Shown one piece after another: positions 21,340 through 31,393 of a stretch of DNA of 64,000 bases. The stretch's first letter is position 1. Each line of letters starts with the position of its first letter. Source of the stretch: Bdellovibrionales bacterium (lineage in GTDB: Bacteria > Bdellovibrionota > Bdellovibrionia > Bdellovibrionales > CAYMLA01). Under the pieces are notes generated by a model. The model was not told the origin of the DNA. It searched no databases and saw nothing but the letters and a program-made list of their open reading frames with translations. Location of the stretch: the NCBI GenBank assembly GCA_965217115.1, contig OZ244239.1:1408001-1472000 (forward strand), written 5' to 3'. Made by a program: the position numbers and the translations under genes.

Positions 21340-23085
21340 ATGGAGGCAAGCCATAGGTCTATCAATCTAAGGATAGGTAGACTTAAAGATAGGAATAAAC
21401 GTGTACAAGAAAAGTTAGGCAAAGTAAAAAATATCCGTTTAATGATAACATTGACATTTATTTTTTTGGTGTTTATGTGCGCATTGTATCCGCAGTGGCG
21501 TGTTGAGCTTTATCTTTTTCTTGTTTATACGTTCGTATTTATTTATCTTTTTGTCAAAACTCAGCGACTGAGTGTTTTTTTAAAAAGGTCTGCGCATTTA
21601 GAGGAATTTTATAAACGTCAGTGGCAAAGATCACAGGGAAGCCCGGTGGCGTCTTATGTAAAGAATGAGAGAGGTTTTTCTGTAGAGAAAGATGACTTAA
21701 ATATATTTGGAGAGTTTTCTGTTTTTAATCTGTTAGATGAAACTTTTTCGAATGAAGGGCGAGATGTCTTGACTCGTCTTCTGCGTGAGCCAGGAAGTTT
21801 CTTTGACACGATAGAGGAGAGGCAGAAAAAAATAAAAAGCATGGGAGAGAATCGATGGGCTTGGTATCGTTTTCTGCAGGAAGGGGGATTAAGTAAGGAA
21901 AGAATGTGTTTTCAAGAATCACTTGATTTTATGAAAATGGAAAAAGATTCTTCGTACAAAAAGAACATTATTTGGCAATCATTGTTATGGGGTTCATGGG
22001 TTTCTAGTGTAGTTCTTTTTCCTCAGGTGTCGGGGTGGTTGTGGGGAATCTATTTTGTCTTTATTTTTACAAAATCCCATCTTGCTATGAGTTCTTTTAG
22101 TCGAGGAGAATCATTGATTGCTCAATTAAGAGCAGTTCGACCTGTGTTTAAATGGTTAGAGAATGATAAAAACAGAGGAGTCATTGAAAAAATAGAGACC
22201 TCTTTAATAGGATTAAAGGTTCATGGGCAGATAAAGAAATTGGAGAGGAGCTTATCTTTTTTATCTATCCAAGCCAATCCATTGGTGTTTATCTTAGTGA
22301 ATAGCCTTTTTCCTTGGAGTTCGTTGTTTTCTTTTCTTGTAGAAGAGCAGAAAACCCCTCTATTTAATAAGCTAGATAAGGTGTTTGATAAAATTGCTTA
22401 TTTAGAGGCGTTGAGTTCTCTGTCGACTTTGTGGGCCTATCAGACAAAAGTTTTTCCTCAGAGGGCAGAGGAAAAAATATTATCTCTTGAAGGGGTTTAC
22501 CATCCTTTATTACCAAGGGATGAGGTGGTTAAGAATTCTGTGTCTTTGTCTAAGGACAAGGTGATTCTTTTAACGGGTTCTAATATGGCGGGTAAATCCA
22601 CGTTTTTACGAACGATTGGGATTAATCAAGCTCTGTTTTTAGCTGGCGCTCCTGTCTTTGCTGAAAAAATGCAGGCATGGCCTTTTCCTCTGCTCTCGTG
22701 TCTTGAAGTTTCAGACTCGGTGAGAGATGGGCTGTCTTATTTTCATGCTGAGGTGTTACACTTAAAAAAACTTCTTGGAAAAGCAAAGACAGAGCCTCAT
22801 TTGTATTTTATTGATGAGATTTATAGGGGGACAAATAATAAAGAAAGATTTCGAGGAAGTTATGCTCTTATTTCTGAATTGGCGAAGACATCTAGTTTGG
22901 GTTTTGTTTCCACCCATGATTTAGAGTTAGCCTCTTTGGAGAAAGAGGGCAGTCAAATTGTAAATTATCATTTTTCAGATCATTTTGAGAATGAAGAAAT
23001 GAGGTTTTCCTATCGCCTAAAAAAAGGTCTTTGTGTGAGTACGAATGCTTTAAAAATTATGGCGTCCCATGGATTACCAGTATAA
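21340..23085 (+). CDS. Membrane-associated MutS-related ATPase (MutS domain V)
   Basis: TGSNMAGKSTFLR, SYFHAE, IDEIYRGTN, STHDLEL; N-terminal TM segments. Confidence 0.9.
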   Translation: MEASHRSINLRIGRLKDRNKRVQEKLGKVKNIRLMITLTFIFLVFMCALYPQWRVELYLFLVYTFVFIYLFVKTQRLSVFLKRSAHLEEFYKRQWQRSQGSPVASYVKNERGFSVEKDDLNIFGEFSVFNLLDETFSNEGRDVLTRLLREPGSFFDTIEERQKKIKSMGENRWAWYRFLQEGGLSKERMCFQESLDFMKMEKDSSYKKNIIWQSLLWGSWVSSVVLFPQVSGWLWGIYFVFIFTKSHLAMSSFSRGESLIAQLRAVRPVFKWLENDKNRGVIEKIETSLIGLKVHGQIKKLERSLSFLSIQANPLVFILVNSLFPWSSLFSFLVEEQKTPLFNKLDKVFDKIAYLEALSSLSTLWAYQTKVFPQRAEEKILSLEGVYHPLLPRDEVVKNSVSLSKDKVILLTGSNMAGKSTFLRTIGINQALFLAGAPVFAEKMQAWPFPLLSCLEVSDSVRDGLSYFHAEVLHLKKLLGKAKTEPHLYFIDEIYRGTNNKERFRGSYALISELAKTSSLGFVSTHDLELASLEKEGSQIVNYHFSDHFENEEMRFSYRLKKGLCVSTNALKIMASHGLPV

Positions 23086-23104
23086 ATTAAGGAAAAGTTT
23101 CTCC

Positions 23105-23716
23105 TTAGGGAAACAGCAGTTGTTCAGCCCATTGATTATTTGTGAGGGAGAATGAAATTCTCTCGTGAAGTCTAAATGGTTTTTCGCTCCAAAATTCAAA
23201 ATAATGAGGTTCGATAAGAAAACCTGACCAGAAAGAGGGTCGAGGTATTTTTTTATTTGAAAATTTATCGGTAATTTCTTTGACCTTCTTTTCAAGTGAT
23301 TCTGTTGATTCAAGAGGAGCAGATTGATATGAAGCCCAAGCTCCTATCTGACTTTCCCGTGGACGTGAAGCAAAGTATTCATCGGCTTCTTGGTTTGAAA
23401 CAGGGTGAGCAACTCCCTGTATGCGTACTTGTCGACAGAGAGTTTTCCAATAAAAACAGAGAGCTGTTTGGGGGTGTTGGATAAGGTCTTGGCTTTTGTG
23501 GGAGTTCATATTGGTGAAAAAAACAAAGCCCTTCTTCTGTTCAGCTAAACCATCTTTGAAGTGAGTTTTTTTAAGCAAAACAACACGGCTAGAGGGGTGA
23601 CCATTCTTATTAACTGAGGAGAGAGTCATAGCCTCAGGAAAACTAGGTTCTTTTTCCTGGGCGTCTCTAAACCAATCTTGAAATAAAATAAAAGGTTTTT
23701 CCAGTGTTTTCTCCAA
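23105..23716 (-). CDS. pdxH: Pyridoxamine 5'-phosphate oxidase
   Basis: PSSRVVLLK, FFTN..S.K, RQVRI.G, SRPRESQIGAWAS, EFW...RLHER. Confidence 0.95.
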   Translation of the reverse strand: MEKTLEKPFILFQDWFRDAQEKEPSFPEAMTLSSVNKNGHPSSRVVLLKKTHFKDGLAEQKKGFVFFTNMNSHKSQDLIQHPQTALCFYWKTLCRQVRIQGVAHPVSNQEADEYFASRPRESQIGAWASYQSAPLESTESLEKKVKEITDKFSNKKIPRPSFWSGFLIEPHYFEFWSEKPFRLHERISFSLTNNQWAEQLLFP

Positions 23717-23992
23717 ATTATTTATTTACGTATTTTTGTTTATCAGAAAAAAACGGAAAGGCAATAAAATAAGGTCTTATGTCTTGATTAGGGCGAAGTT
23801 TGTCGCTAGAGAGAGTTTTTGTTGATGAGTTGAGACAAGGAGAAGGGTCTCTCCCTGTTTTTCCACAAAGATTCTTGCCCATAGGCGTAAAATAGAATTA
23901 CAGTCGTCTGTAGTTTTTAAGGTATTTGCTTCAACAGAGCAGGTATAGAGAAACGAGTGTGAAATTGGGGTAGATAAGACTGGAGAGGTGAT

Positions 23993-25069
23993 GTGAATAA
24001 GGGAGAGAAATTGTTGGATCGAGTTGAATTTCTTGAAAAAATGCCCGCGAGTTCTTGCTATAAAGAGGGAAGCGTTTTGATTTTTGATAGAAAGCTGTTG
24101 ACGATATCTCCAAAGTTAAAAAAATGGATCGAATCTTTTTCTCTTAGATATGGAGTCGTTGCGGGGGAAGAGCTCAAAGCTGTGGAAAACCTTGGGAGTC
24201 ATGTTCAAAAAATATTGAAACTCGTTAAAAACATCTCCATTCAAAAAATAAAAATAATCTCATTGGGAGGAGGGTCTCTTGGAGATTTCTCAGGTTTTGT
24301 CGCGAGTGTCCTTAAAAGGGGAGTTCGATTGGAGCATATTCCGAGCACTTGGTTGGCAGCGATGGATTCTTCCCACGGAGGGAAGACGGCTTTAAATGTT
24401 GCAGGAATAAAGAATCAAATTGGGACGTTTTATCTAGCAGAGAGAGTTGTTATAGTAAAAGAGTTATTACAGTCTCAGCCTAAAAAATTAGAAAAAGAAG
24501 CGATGGGGGAGCTTGCAAAAATACTTTTAATTACTGAAGATTTATGGTTAGAGACTGCAGCAATGCCTCTATCACAGAAAGAGACTCTCTGGTATTTTCT
24601 AGATAAAGTGATTAAAGGTAAATACGATGTGGTTGAACAGGATTTTAAAGATGATCTTGGTTTGAGGCAAATTTTAAATTTCGGACACACCTTAGGGCAT
24701 GTTTTTGAGAGTTATTATCTCTGGTCCCACGGCAAAGCCATAGGACAAGGGTTGATCTTTGCCATTCAGTGGAGTGCGAGGCGACATTATTTATCTAAGA
24801 AAAAGGAACTAGAAATCCTAGAGATACTTGAGACACGTTTTAAAATATCAAATTTATCACCACAGGTCTGTCGTCAAACGAAAGAAATATCTATAAAGAA
24901 TTTTAATAAATTTATTTTAAGTGACAAAAAACTTTCTTCTCAAGGAAAAATAAATTTTATATTTCTTGAAGAAAAAAAAGAGAAAAGAACTCTCAATGGG
25001 TTAATTAAAAAAATAGATGTGAAGAATATCCTTAAAGAGGCGGCTATTCAAGGCTGGTTACGTCAGTGA
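23993..25069 (+). CDS. aroB: 3-dehydroquinate synthase
   Basis: GGGSLGDFSGF, PSTWLAAMDSSHGGKT, LNFGHTLGH. Confidence 0.92.
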   Translation: MNKGEKLLDRVEFLEKMPASSCYKEGSVLIFDRKLLTISPKLKKWIESFSLRYGVVAGEELKAVENLGSHVQKILKLVKNISIQKIKIISLGGGSLGDFSGFVASVLKRGVRLEHIPSTWLAAMDSSHGGKTALNVAGIKNQIGTFYLAERVVIVKELLQSQPKKLEKEAMGELAKILLITEDLWLETAAMPLSQKETLWYFLDKVIKGKYDVVEQDFKDDLGLRQILNFGHTLGHVFESYYLWSHGKAIGQGLIFAIQWSARRHYLSKKKELEILEILETRFKISNLSPQVCRQTKEISIKNFNKFILSDKKLSSQGKINFIFLEEKKEKRTLNGLIKKIDVKNILKEAAIQGWLRQ

Positions 25070-26316
25070 AAAAAGACAAAGAGGTGTTTTTTTATAGAGG
25101 AAAAATAGGTCCCTCAAAGTCTATTTATAACCGAGCGTTGATTGTAAAGTCATTTTACCCGCAATTAGAGATAGCCTCCCATTTTGATAAAGAATCCTCT
25201 AAGGAGGAGGGGCTCTGTCAAGACATTCAAGACATGAAAAATGCTTCTGAGTTAATAAATAAAAAAAATAACCTTGAAAGAAAAAATTTTTTTTGTGGAG
25301 AGGGGGGAACTGTTTTAAGGTTTTTGACCCTTCGTTTATCTAGAACTTCAGGTTGTTATAGAGTACTTGGAAGTGGTCGCTTGTTGTCTCGGCCCCATCA
25401 AGAGCTTCGAGAGATTTTATCTTTTTTTGATGTTCGATGTGAGGTGAGTGAGTTGGGTGTTGAGATAACAACAGATGGGTGGAGAGATCCCCAAAAAACC
25501 ATTGAGGTGGACTTGAGTCGATCCAGTCAATTTGCCAGTGGACTGTTGTTGTCTGCTTGGGAATTAGAGTTTGATTTGCAATTATGCTGGAAGGGGGAGC
25601 CTGTTTCCTATGGATATCTTAAGATGACCATAGAATTTCTTAAAAAATTAGGAATGGAGATCGTTGAAGAAAAAGGAGGTTTGAAGGTTCCCCGTGGACA
25701 GAGAATGAAAAAGAGTGGTGTTTTTGTTGAGGCAGACATGAGTAGCATATGGGCAGTGGCGGCTTTGGCAGCGTTGTGTGGAGAAGCCCATATTCAGGAA
25801 TTTGAATTTAAAAGCCTACAGCCTGATTTTCGATTCTTAAATATTCTACAAGAAATGGGAGTGAGGATTAAGGAATTAAAAGAAGAGAAACAATTATCGG
25901 TGTATAAGGCTCATTCTCTCACGGCTCTATCGATAAACTTAAAAAGTTGTCCTGACCTTTTTCCTGTTCTGTGTGTTTTATGTGCTTTTGCTAAAGGGGA
26001 GTCTTTTCTTTATGGAGCGACACAATTGAAACACAAGGAATCTTCACGCATTGAAAAAATGGGAGAGCTTTTATCTAAGGTGGGAATTACTTGTGATGTT
26101 CTAGACGATGGAATGAGGATAAATGGAATTGGTTCTTCTAGAGTCGATTTTAAAAAAAATAAAGAACGAATCGTTTTTGATTGTGATCAAGATCATCGCC
26201 TGGTTATGGCAGCAGGAATTTTAAAGAGATTAGGTTACCCGTTAGAGGTAAAAGGAGAGGAGGCTATCAATAAGAGTTTTCCAGGATTTCTTTCTCTATT
26301 AGGGGAAGCTGTGTAA
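25066..26316 (+). CDS. aroA: EPSP synthase
   Basis: SKSIYNRAL, GEGGTVLRF, SSQFASGLL, KESSRI, DHRLVMA. Confidence 0.93.
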   Translation: MKKDKEVFFYRGKIGPSKSIYNRALIVKSFYPQLEIASHFDKESSKEEGLCQDIQDMKNASELINKKNNLERKNFFCGEGGTVLRFLTLRLSRTSGCYRVLGSGRLLSRPHQELREILSFFDVRCEVSELGVEITTDGWRDPQKTIEVDLSRSSQFASGLLLSAWELEFDLQLCWKGEPVSYGYLKMTIEFLKKLGMEIVEEKGGLKVPRGQRMKKSGVFVEADMSSIWAVAALAALCGEAHIQEFEFKSLQPDFRFLNILQEMGVRIKELKEEKQLSVYKAHSLTALSINLKSCPDLFPVLCVLCAFAKGESFLYGATQLKHKESSRIEKMGELLSKVGITCDVLDDGMRINGIGSSRVDFKKNKERIVFDCDQDHRLVMAAGILKRLGYPLEVKGEEAINKSFPGFLSLLGEAV

Positions 26317-26317
26317 T

Positions 26318-28243
26318 ATGCAAAAGCAAGAGAATGAAAATATTGAAAGTTTAAGTGAAGGAAAAATCATTGTCTTTGTAGGACATCGAGGGGTTGGTAA
26401 AACTTCTTTGGCTTTTGAGTTAGCAGAGAAGAAGGCTTTCCATGTTTTTGATTTAGACAAAGAGATCGAAAAAAAAACAGAGATGTCTATAAGAGGCTTT
26501 TTTGAAAAACACGGAGAAGAGGCTCTTCGTGTTTTAGAGAAAGAGATGTTTTTTGATTTAATTAAAAATATCGGAAAAACAGAGAAGGATCATATTCTCG
26601 TTTTAGGAGCGGGTTTTGAGTTTGAATTGCCTAAGAGTATCCCTGTATTTTGGATACAGAGAGAGACAGATAGGGTTGGGAGGGTGTTTCTTAATCGTCC
26701 ACGTTTAGAAAAAAAAATCTCTGCACTAGATGAATTCTTTAAAAGAAAGACTCTTAGAGATGAGAGATTTAATAAGATTTCTTCGCAAAGCATTGTTTTG
26801 GAGGAGGGAAAGAGCGAAAGGCAGATAGAAAATATTTTGTCTTTGTATTTTAGTTCCGAAGAGTTTTTTTCTGGACAGCTTTCTGGATATCTAACGGTTA
26901 AGAGCGAATGGTTTTATGAAGAAAAATTCTTTAAGAAAAAAGTTCAAATGCATTTAAATTGGGGAATTGATTTTTTTGAATTACGTGATGATCTTCTCAG
27001 TGAGGAACAGATAGGTTTTGCTTGTGAGGTCTTGCCTGCGGAGAAGATTTTGTTGAGCTGTCGCCGTGGTCGTTTTTATGAGGAACTGTTAGCTAGAGAT
27101 CGGTTGACGGGTCATGAATTGGATTGGGCTTTAGAATTAGGAGAGTTTTCAGAGGAATATCAGGGGGAGCCAACGGTATTGTCTCTCCACAGAATTAAAT
27201 CTAGTGAAAGTTTTAGCCAAGCACTGAGAAGATTAGAAAAAGCGGGAGAACGCTATCAGAAAGTACATTTAAAAGCTGCTCTGGTGACTGAGAATTGGGA
27301 AGACTTACAAGAGGGGCATTCGTGGTATTTAGAAAGCCCAAGTGATCGGAGTTTTTTGCCTTGCTCATCTGGTGGACGCTGGTTGTGGTATAGGCTTCTT
27401 TATGCTCAGAGAATGAAGATGAGTTTTATACGAGAGAGCATAAAAAAATTAATAAAGAATAAAGATGTCTTAGATCAGCCGACGGTTTTACAACGAGCGT
27501 CTTTTTGCCAATTAGGCATTGAACAGGAAAGAGAAGTGGAATTTGCAGCCGTTTTGGGGTCTCCAGTTAGTCAGAGTTTAACCCCTTCTGAGCAGAGAGA
27601 TTTTTTTGCAAGAAAGAAATACCCAGTACTAGCTATTGATTTAAAGGAAGACGAGTTAGAGATTTCCACTTTAAACTTCTTAAAGAAATTGGGTTTAAGG
27701 GCAGCAGCAGTGACAGCTCCGTTAAAGGGAAAGATGTTAAATTTTAGTGATGTAGATAATTTATCTAAAAAGGTTAAAGGTGTTAATACTCTTTGGTGGG
27801 GTGAAGAAAAAAATAAATGGATAGGCGTAAATACTGATTTAGAGGGGTTTAGGTTTCTTTGTCGAGAGGTTTCCGAGGGTATGAGTGTTCTTGTGTGGGG
27901 AGGGGGAGGAACTTTAGGAATGATGCAAGAGGTTTTTATCCATGCGGATTTTGCATCTTTAAGAACGGGGAAGTTAAGGAATGGAAAAGAATTGAAACCT
28001 TACTATGATATTGTTATTTGGGCTTCGGGATCACAACAGGGTTGTTTTCCTGAATTGTCAAAAAACCCTGAACTGGTGATTGATTTGAGTTATGCAGAAA
28101 ACTCGTTAGGGCGTGAATTTTGTTTGCAATGGAATCCTCCCTTACCCTATCGTTCGGGAATGGAGATGTTTTTAAAGCAAGCCGAAGAACAAAGAAATTA
28201 TTGGAGTCGTCAGGGCTTTGAAGGGAAGGAAAATGTTAGGTAA
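26318..28243 (+). CDS. Fused shikimate kinase / type I dehydroquinase / shikimate dehydrogenase (AroK-AroD-AroE)
   Basis: GHRGVGKTS...DLD...GEEALR (AroK); ELRDD, SLH, HLKAA (AroD-like); GSPVSQSLTP, VTAPLK, VNT, NTDLEG, G.EMFL.QA (AroE). Confidence 0.85.
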   Translation: MQKQENENIESLSEGKIIVFVGHRGVGKTSLAFELAEKKAFHVFDLDKEIEKKTEMSIRGFFEKHGEEALRVLEKEMFFDLIKNIGKTEKDHILVLGAGFEFELPKSIPVFWIQRETDRVGRVFLNRPRLEKKISALDEFFKRKTLRDERFNKISSQSIVLEEGKSERQIENILSLYFSSEEFFSGQLSGYLTVKSEWFYEEKFFKKKVQMHLNWGIDFFELRDDLLSEEQIGFACEVLPAEKILLSCRRGRFYEELLARDRLTGHELDWALELGEFSEEYQGEPTVLSLHRIKSSESFSQALRRLEKAGERYQKVHLKAALVTENWEDLQEGHSWYLESPSDRSFLPCSSGGRWLWYRLLYAQRMKMSFIRESIKKLIKNKDVLDQPTVLQRASFCQLGIEQEREVEFAAVLGSPVSQSLTPSEQRDFFARKKYPVLAIDLKEDELEISTLNFLKKLGLRAAAVTAPLKGKMLNFSDVDNLSKKVKGVNTLWWGEEKNKWIGVNTDLEGFRFLCREVSEGMSVLVWGGGGTLGMMQEVFIHADFASLRTGKLRNGKELKPYYDIVIWASGSQQGCFPELSKNPELVIDLSYAENSLGREFCLQWNPPLPYRSGMEMFLKQAEEQRNYWSRQGFEGKENVR

Positions 28244-29291
28244 TGTCTGGGGAAAATGTTTTTGTGTTCATAGTTTTGGAGAGAGTCATGGTTCGGCGAT
28301 GGGAGTGGTTATCGACGGTTGTCCTGCGGGGGTTTTATTTGATCAGAAGCTGCTTGATTGGAGTTTGCAGAGACGGAGACCGGGCCAATCGGCACTGACT
28401 TCTTCGAGAAAAGAAGAGGATCGTCCAAGGGTTTTAAGTGGAGTTTTTGAGGGGAAAACATTGGGAACTCCCATCGCAATTATTGTAGAAAACCAAAACC
28501 AACGTTCTCAGGATTATGATGATATTAAGAGGGCCCCTCGTTTGGGTCATGCTGACGATGTCTGGAAAAGTAAATTTGGTCATATTGACCATCGAGGAGG
28601 GGGGCGTTCTTCGGGGAGAGAAACGGTTTCTAGAGTTATGGCGGGGGCTGTGGCTGAGATGTTAGTGAGATCGCTAGTGAGTGATATTCAAGTTTATGGT
28701 TATGGGACTCAAATAGGAGGCATTGGTCTCTCTAAGGGTTTCTCTAGAAAAGAATCTTTAGAGAAACTTAAAAATCCCCGTTATGAGGTGGATGCTTTTG
28801 ACTCTCGCCTCCCTGAAAAGGAAAAAGCAGAACAGGTTAGAGAGCTTTTGCTAAAAGCTAAGGCCGAGGGGAAGAGTTACGGTGGAGAGGTGAATTTGAT
28901 TATAAAAGGGGCGCCAGTGGGTTTGGGTCAGCCTGTTTTTTCAAAATTAAAATCTGATTTAGCTGGGGCGATGATGAGTGTGGGAGCAACCTGTTCGGTG
29001 AAATTAGGTGAAGGGGCATCTGCTGTACAAGCAGAGGGCAGCGAGTTTCATGCCTCAAGGGGAAGTGCTTCTGATGATTCTCACCAGTATGGTGGAATTC
29101 GTGGGGGGTTGTCTACGGGAGAGGATATTATTTTAATGGTTGGCTTTAAGCCGACATCTTCTGTCTTGGATGTGGCAAAGGCGGGTCGTCATGATCCTTG
29201 TATTGTTCCGAGGGCGATTCCAGTGTTAGAAGCGATGGGATGGTTAGTTTTAGCTGATCATTTGCTTTGGCAAAGATTAGATAAATTGTAG
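28233..29291 (+). CDS. aroC: Chorismate synthase
   Basis: SFGESHG, RRRPG, GGGRSSGRET, GGIRGGLSTG, FKPTSS, GRHDPCI. Confidence 0.96.
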   Translation: MLGNVWGKCFCVHSFGESHGSAMGVVIDGCPAGVLFDQKLLDWSLQRRRPGQSALTSSRKEEDRPRVLSGVFEGKTLGTPIAIIVENQNQRSQDYDDIKRAPRLGHADDVWKSKFGHIDHRGGGRSSGRETVSRVMAGAVAEMLVRSLVSDIQVYGYGTQIGGIGLSKGFSRKESLEKLKNPRYEVDAFDSRLPEKEKAEQVRELLLKAKAEGKSYGGEVNLIIKGAPVGLGQPVFSKLKSDLAGAMMSVGATCSVKLGEGASAVQAEGSEFHASRGSASDDSHQYGGIRGGLSTGEDIILMVGFKPTSSVLDVAKAGRHDPCIVPRAIPVLEAMGWLVLADHLLWQRLDKL

Positions 29292-29327
29292 GAAAACATT
29301 TAGCTCAACTCAGTGGAAGATTTGTTT

Positions 29328-29720
29328 TTAATCAAATTCACCAGGGGTAGGAAGTAAGTCGAGAAGACACTCTCTCCAATACTCGGGTGCATCGTCTGAA
29401 TAATCTATAGCAATTTCATAGCCTTTTTTCCCGATTTGCTTGGTGCGAATAATACGTCCTGAGATTTCGATATTTAGCTGGGGAAGATGAAGCATAACAT
29501 GATCTCCTTCGATGGCGTGAAGGGTTAGGCTATCTCGTAACACTTGTGGAACAATATCTTCCCGTTCGATGGTGACTTTAAATCCAGAGCTTGATGCGTC
29601 CTCGATCCAGCCAAACTTGGCAATGGTGATGAAATGATCTATGGATGTGATACTTGATATTTTTATAGGCTCAACATTTTGTCTTTGAGCTATTCTTTTA
29701 TTTACTACTTGTTTTGCCAT
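29328..29720 (-). CDS. PilZ-domain-like protein
   Basis: RIAQR and DASSSG match the RxxxR and DxSxxG motifs. Confidence 0.7.
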   Translation of the reverse strand: MAKQVVNKRIAQRQNVEPIKISSITSIDHFITIAKFGWIEDASSSGFKVTIEREDIVPQVLRDSLTLHAIEGDHVMLHLPQLNIEISGRIIRTKQIGKKGYEIAIDYSDDAPEYWRECLLDLLPTPGEFD

Positions 29721-29842
29721 AAGAACAAACTCCTCTTGTTAGTGACAAAGACTCTTCGGGTGAATTTAGATTTATGTTAAGAAAAATATGGGCGGCATTT
29801 AAAATAAAACGAGAGCTGTCTTGAGATGAGACGATTATGAGT

Positions 29843-30805
29843 TTAAGGCTGGGAAAAATCTTTAGGCCATTGGATTGAATGGTCTTCGACGATGTCTAAC
29901 ATCCGCTGTAGGGGAAGATGAGCAGAGTGAAGAACTTCTGTCGATAAATTGATTTGAGGTGACAGGTTCTTTAGAGCAGCTTCAACTTTTTGTAGAGTGT
30001 TGAGTTTCATATAGGGACATTCGTTACAAGCACAACTCCCCTCAGTAGGGGCTTGTATGAGTTGAGATTCAGGTCGGAATTTTTGCATCTGATGAAAAAT
30101 CCCTGACTCAGTGGCAATAATAAACTTCTCGGAAGTGTTGGTTTTGACTTCTTTTAAAAGATGGGATGTGGAGCCTATGATCTGTGATTGTTTTAGAATT
30201 TCATCGGGACATTCAGGATGGGCAAGAACAAGGGCGTCAGGGTGTAGCTGTTTGAGTTCATGAAGTTTTTGTGCTGAAAATAAGCTATGAACTTCACAAG
30301 CTCCGTTCCAGATATTCATAGGACGGTTGAGTTTTTTAGAAAAATAATTCCCTAAATGTTTATCAGGGCCAAAGAGTATTGGACGATCCTCTGGAATAGA
30401 GGCAATGATTTTTTCAGCATTACTGGAGGTGCAGATAACATCGCTTATGGATTTAACTTGGGCGCTGCAATTAATGTAGGTCACTGCAATACTACGGGGG
30501 TGATCCAATCGCCACTTTAAATAGTCATCATAGGGAGAGTTTTGCACAAGGGAGCATCCAGCATCAAGGTCAGGGACAAGGATTTTCTTATGAGGGTTGA
30601 GGATTTTAACAGACTCAGCCATGAAGACGACGCCAGCAAGCAGGATAACATCGGCTGAAGACTGTTGTCCGATTTTTGCTAGGTAATAACTATCCCCAAC
30701 GTAGTCGGCAATATCTTGAACATCGCCATCATCGTAGTAGTGAGCTAATATAATGGCATTGTGTTCTTTTTTAAGTTTTTTTATACGATCTTCTATATGG
30801 TTTAT
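29843..30805 (-). CDS. nadA: Quinolinate synthase (probable ATA start at 30805)
   Basis: An in-frame 61-codon extension upstream of ATG 30622 carries LAHYY and ADYVGDS; also AGCSL, TYINCSA, CEVH, CPYMK. Confidence 0.9.
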   Translation of the reverse strand: MNHIEDRIKKLKKEHNAIILAHYYDDGDVQDIADYVGDSYYLAKIGQQSSADVILLAGVVFMAESVKILNPHKKILVPDLDAGCSLVQNSPYDDYLKWRLDHPRSIAVTYINCSAQVKSISDVICTSSNAEKIIASIPEDRPILFGPDKHLGNYFSKKLNRPMNIWNGACEVHSLFSAQKLHELKQLHPDALVLAHPECPDEILKQSQIIGSTSHLLKEVKTNTSEKFIIATESGIFHQMQKFRPESQLIQAPTEGSCACNECPYMKLNTLQKVEAALKNLSPQINLSTEVLHSAHLPLQRMLDIVEDHSIQWPKDFSQP

Positions 30806-31392
30806 AGGTTTCCCCCTTTTAAGGTGGAAATAATAGATTTAGAGATAGATTTTAATGGTTCGAAGACACCTTCTCCTTTGGAGGCACAGGATTCAAAATC
30901 GGGTGAGTTGTATTTGTTTAACAGGTCCCTCATTTCTGTGAGTGAGGAAACCTGTGGGAGATCTCTTTTATTATATTGAATAGCTATGGGAAGTTCTTGA
31001 ATGTTATAGCCCTGTTGTTCAAGATTAACTTCTAGATTACGTAGGGATTCAAGGTTGTCTTCTTTTCGTTCCTCTTGTGAATCGGCGACAAAAATAACAC
31101 CGTCAATGCCCTTTAGTATGAGTTTGCGACTGGCATCATAGCGAATTTGTCCAGGCACTGAGTAGAGGTGGAGTCTTGTTTTAAAGCCTCTAATTTCTCC
31201 TATATTAATGGGAAGAAAATCAAAAAAAACAGTTCTCTCATTGTCTGTGTTTAGGGTTGTGAGATTTGATTTTTGATTGGGAGAAGTTTTGTGGTAGATC
31301 CATTGGATATTGGTTGTTTTTCCACCCAGAGAAGGTCCGTAGTAGACGATCTTACAATGAATTTCTTTGGCATTATGGTTTATAAAAGACAT
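30802..31392 (-). CDS. mglA: Small Ras-like GTPase MglA
   Basis: MSFIN...KIVYYGPSLGGKTTN, RTVFFDF, VPGQ, QYNKRD; ATG at 31392 immediately after the recR stop. Confidence 0.93.
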   Translation of the reverse strand: MSFINHNAKEIHCKIVYYGPSLGGKTTNIQWIYHKTSPNQKSNLTTLNTDNERTVFFDFLPINIGEIRGFKTRLHLYSVPGQIRYDASRKLILKGIDGVIFVADSQEERKEDNLESLRNLEVNLEQQGYNIQELPIAIQYNKRDLPQVSSLTEMRDLLNKYNSPDFESCASKGEGVFEPLKSISKSIISTLKGGNL

Positions 31393-31393
31393 T

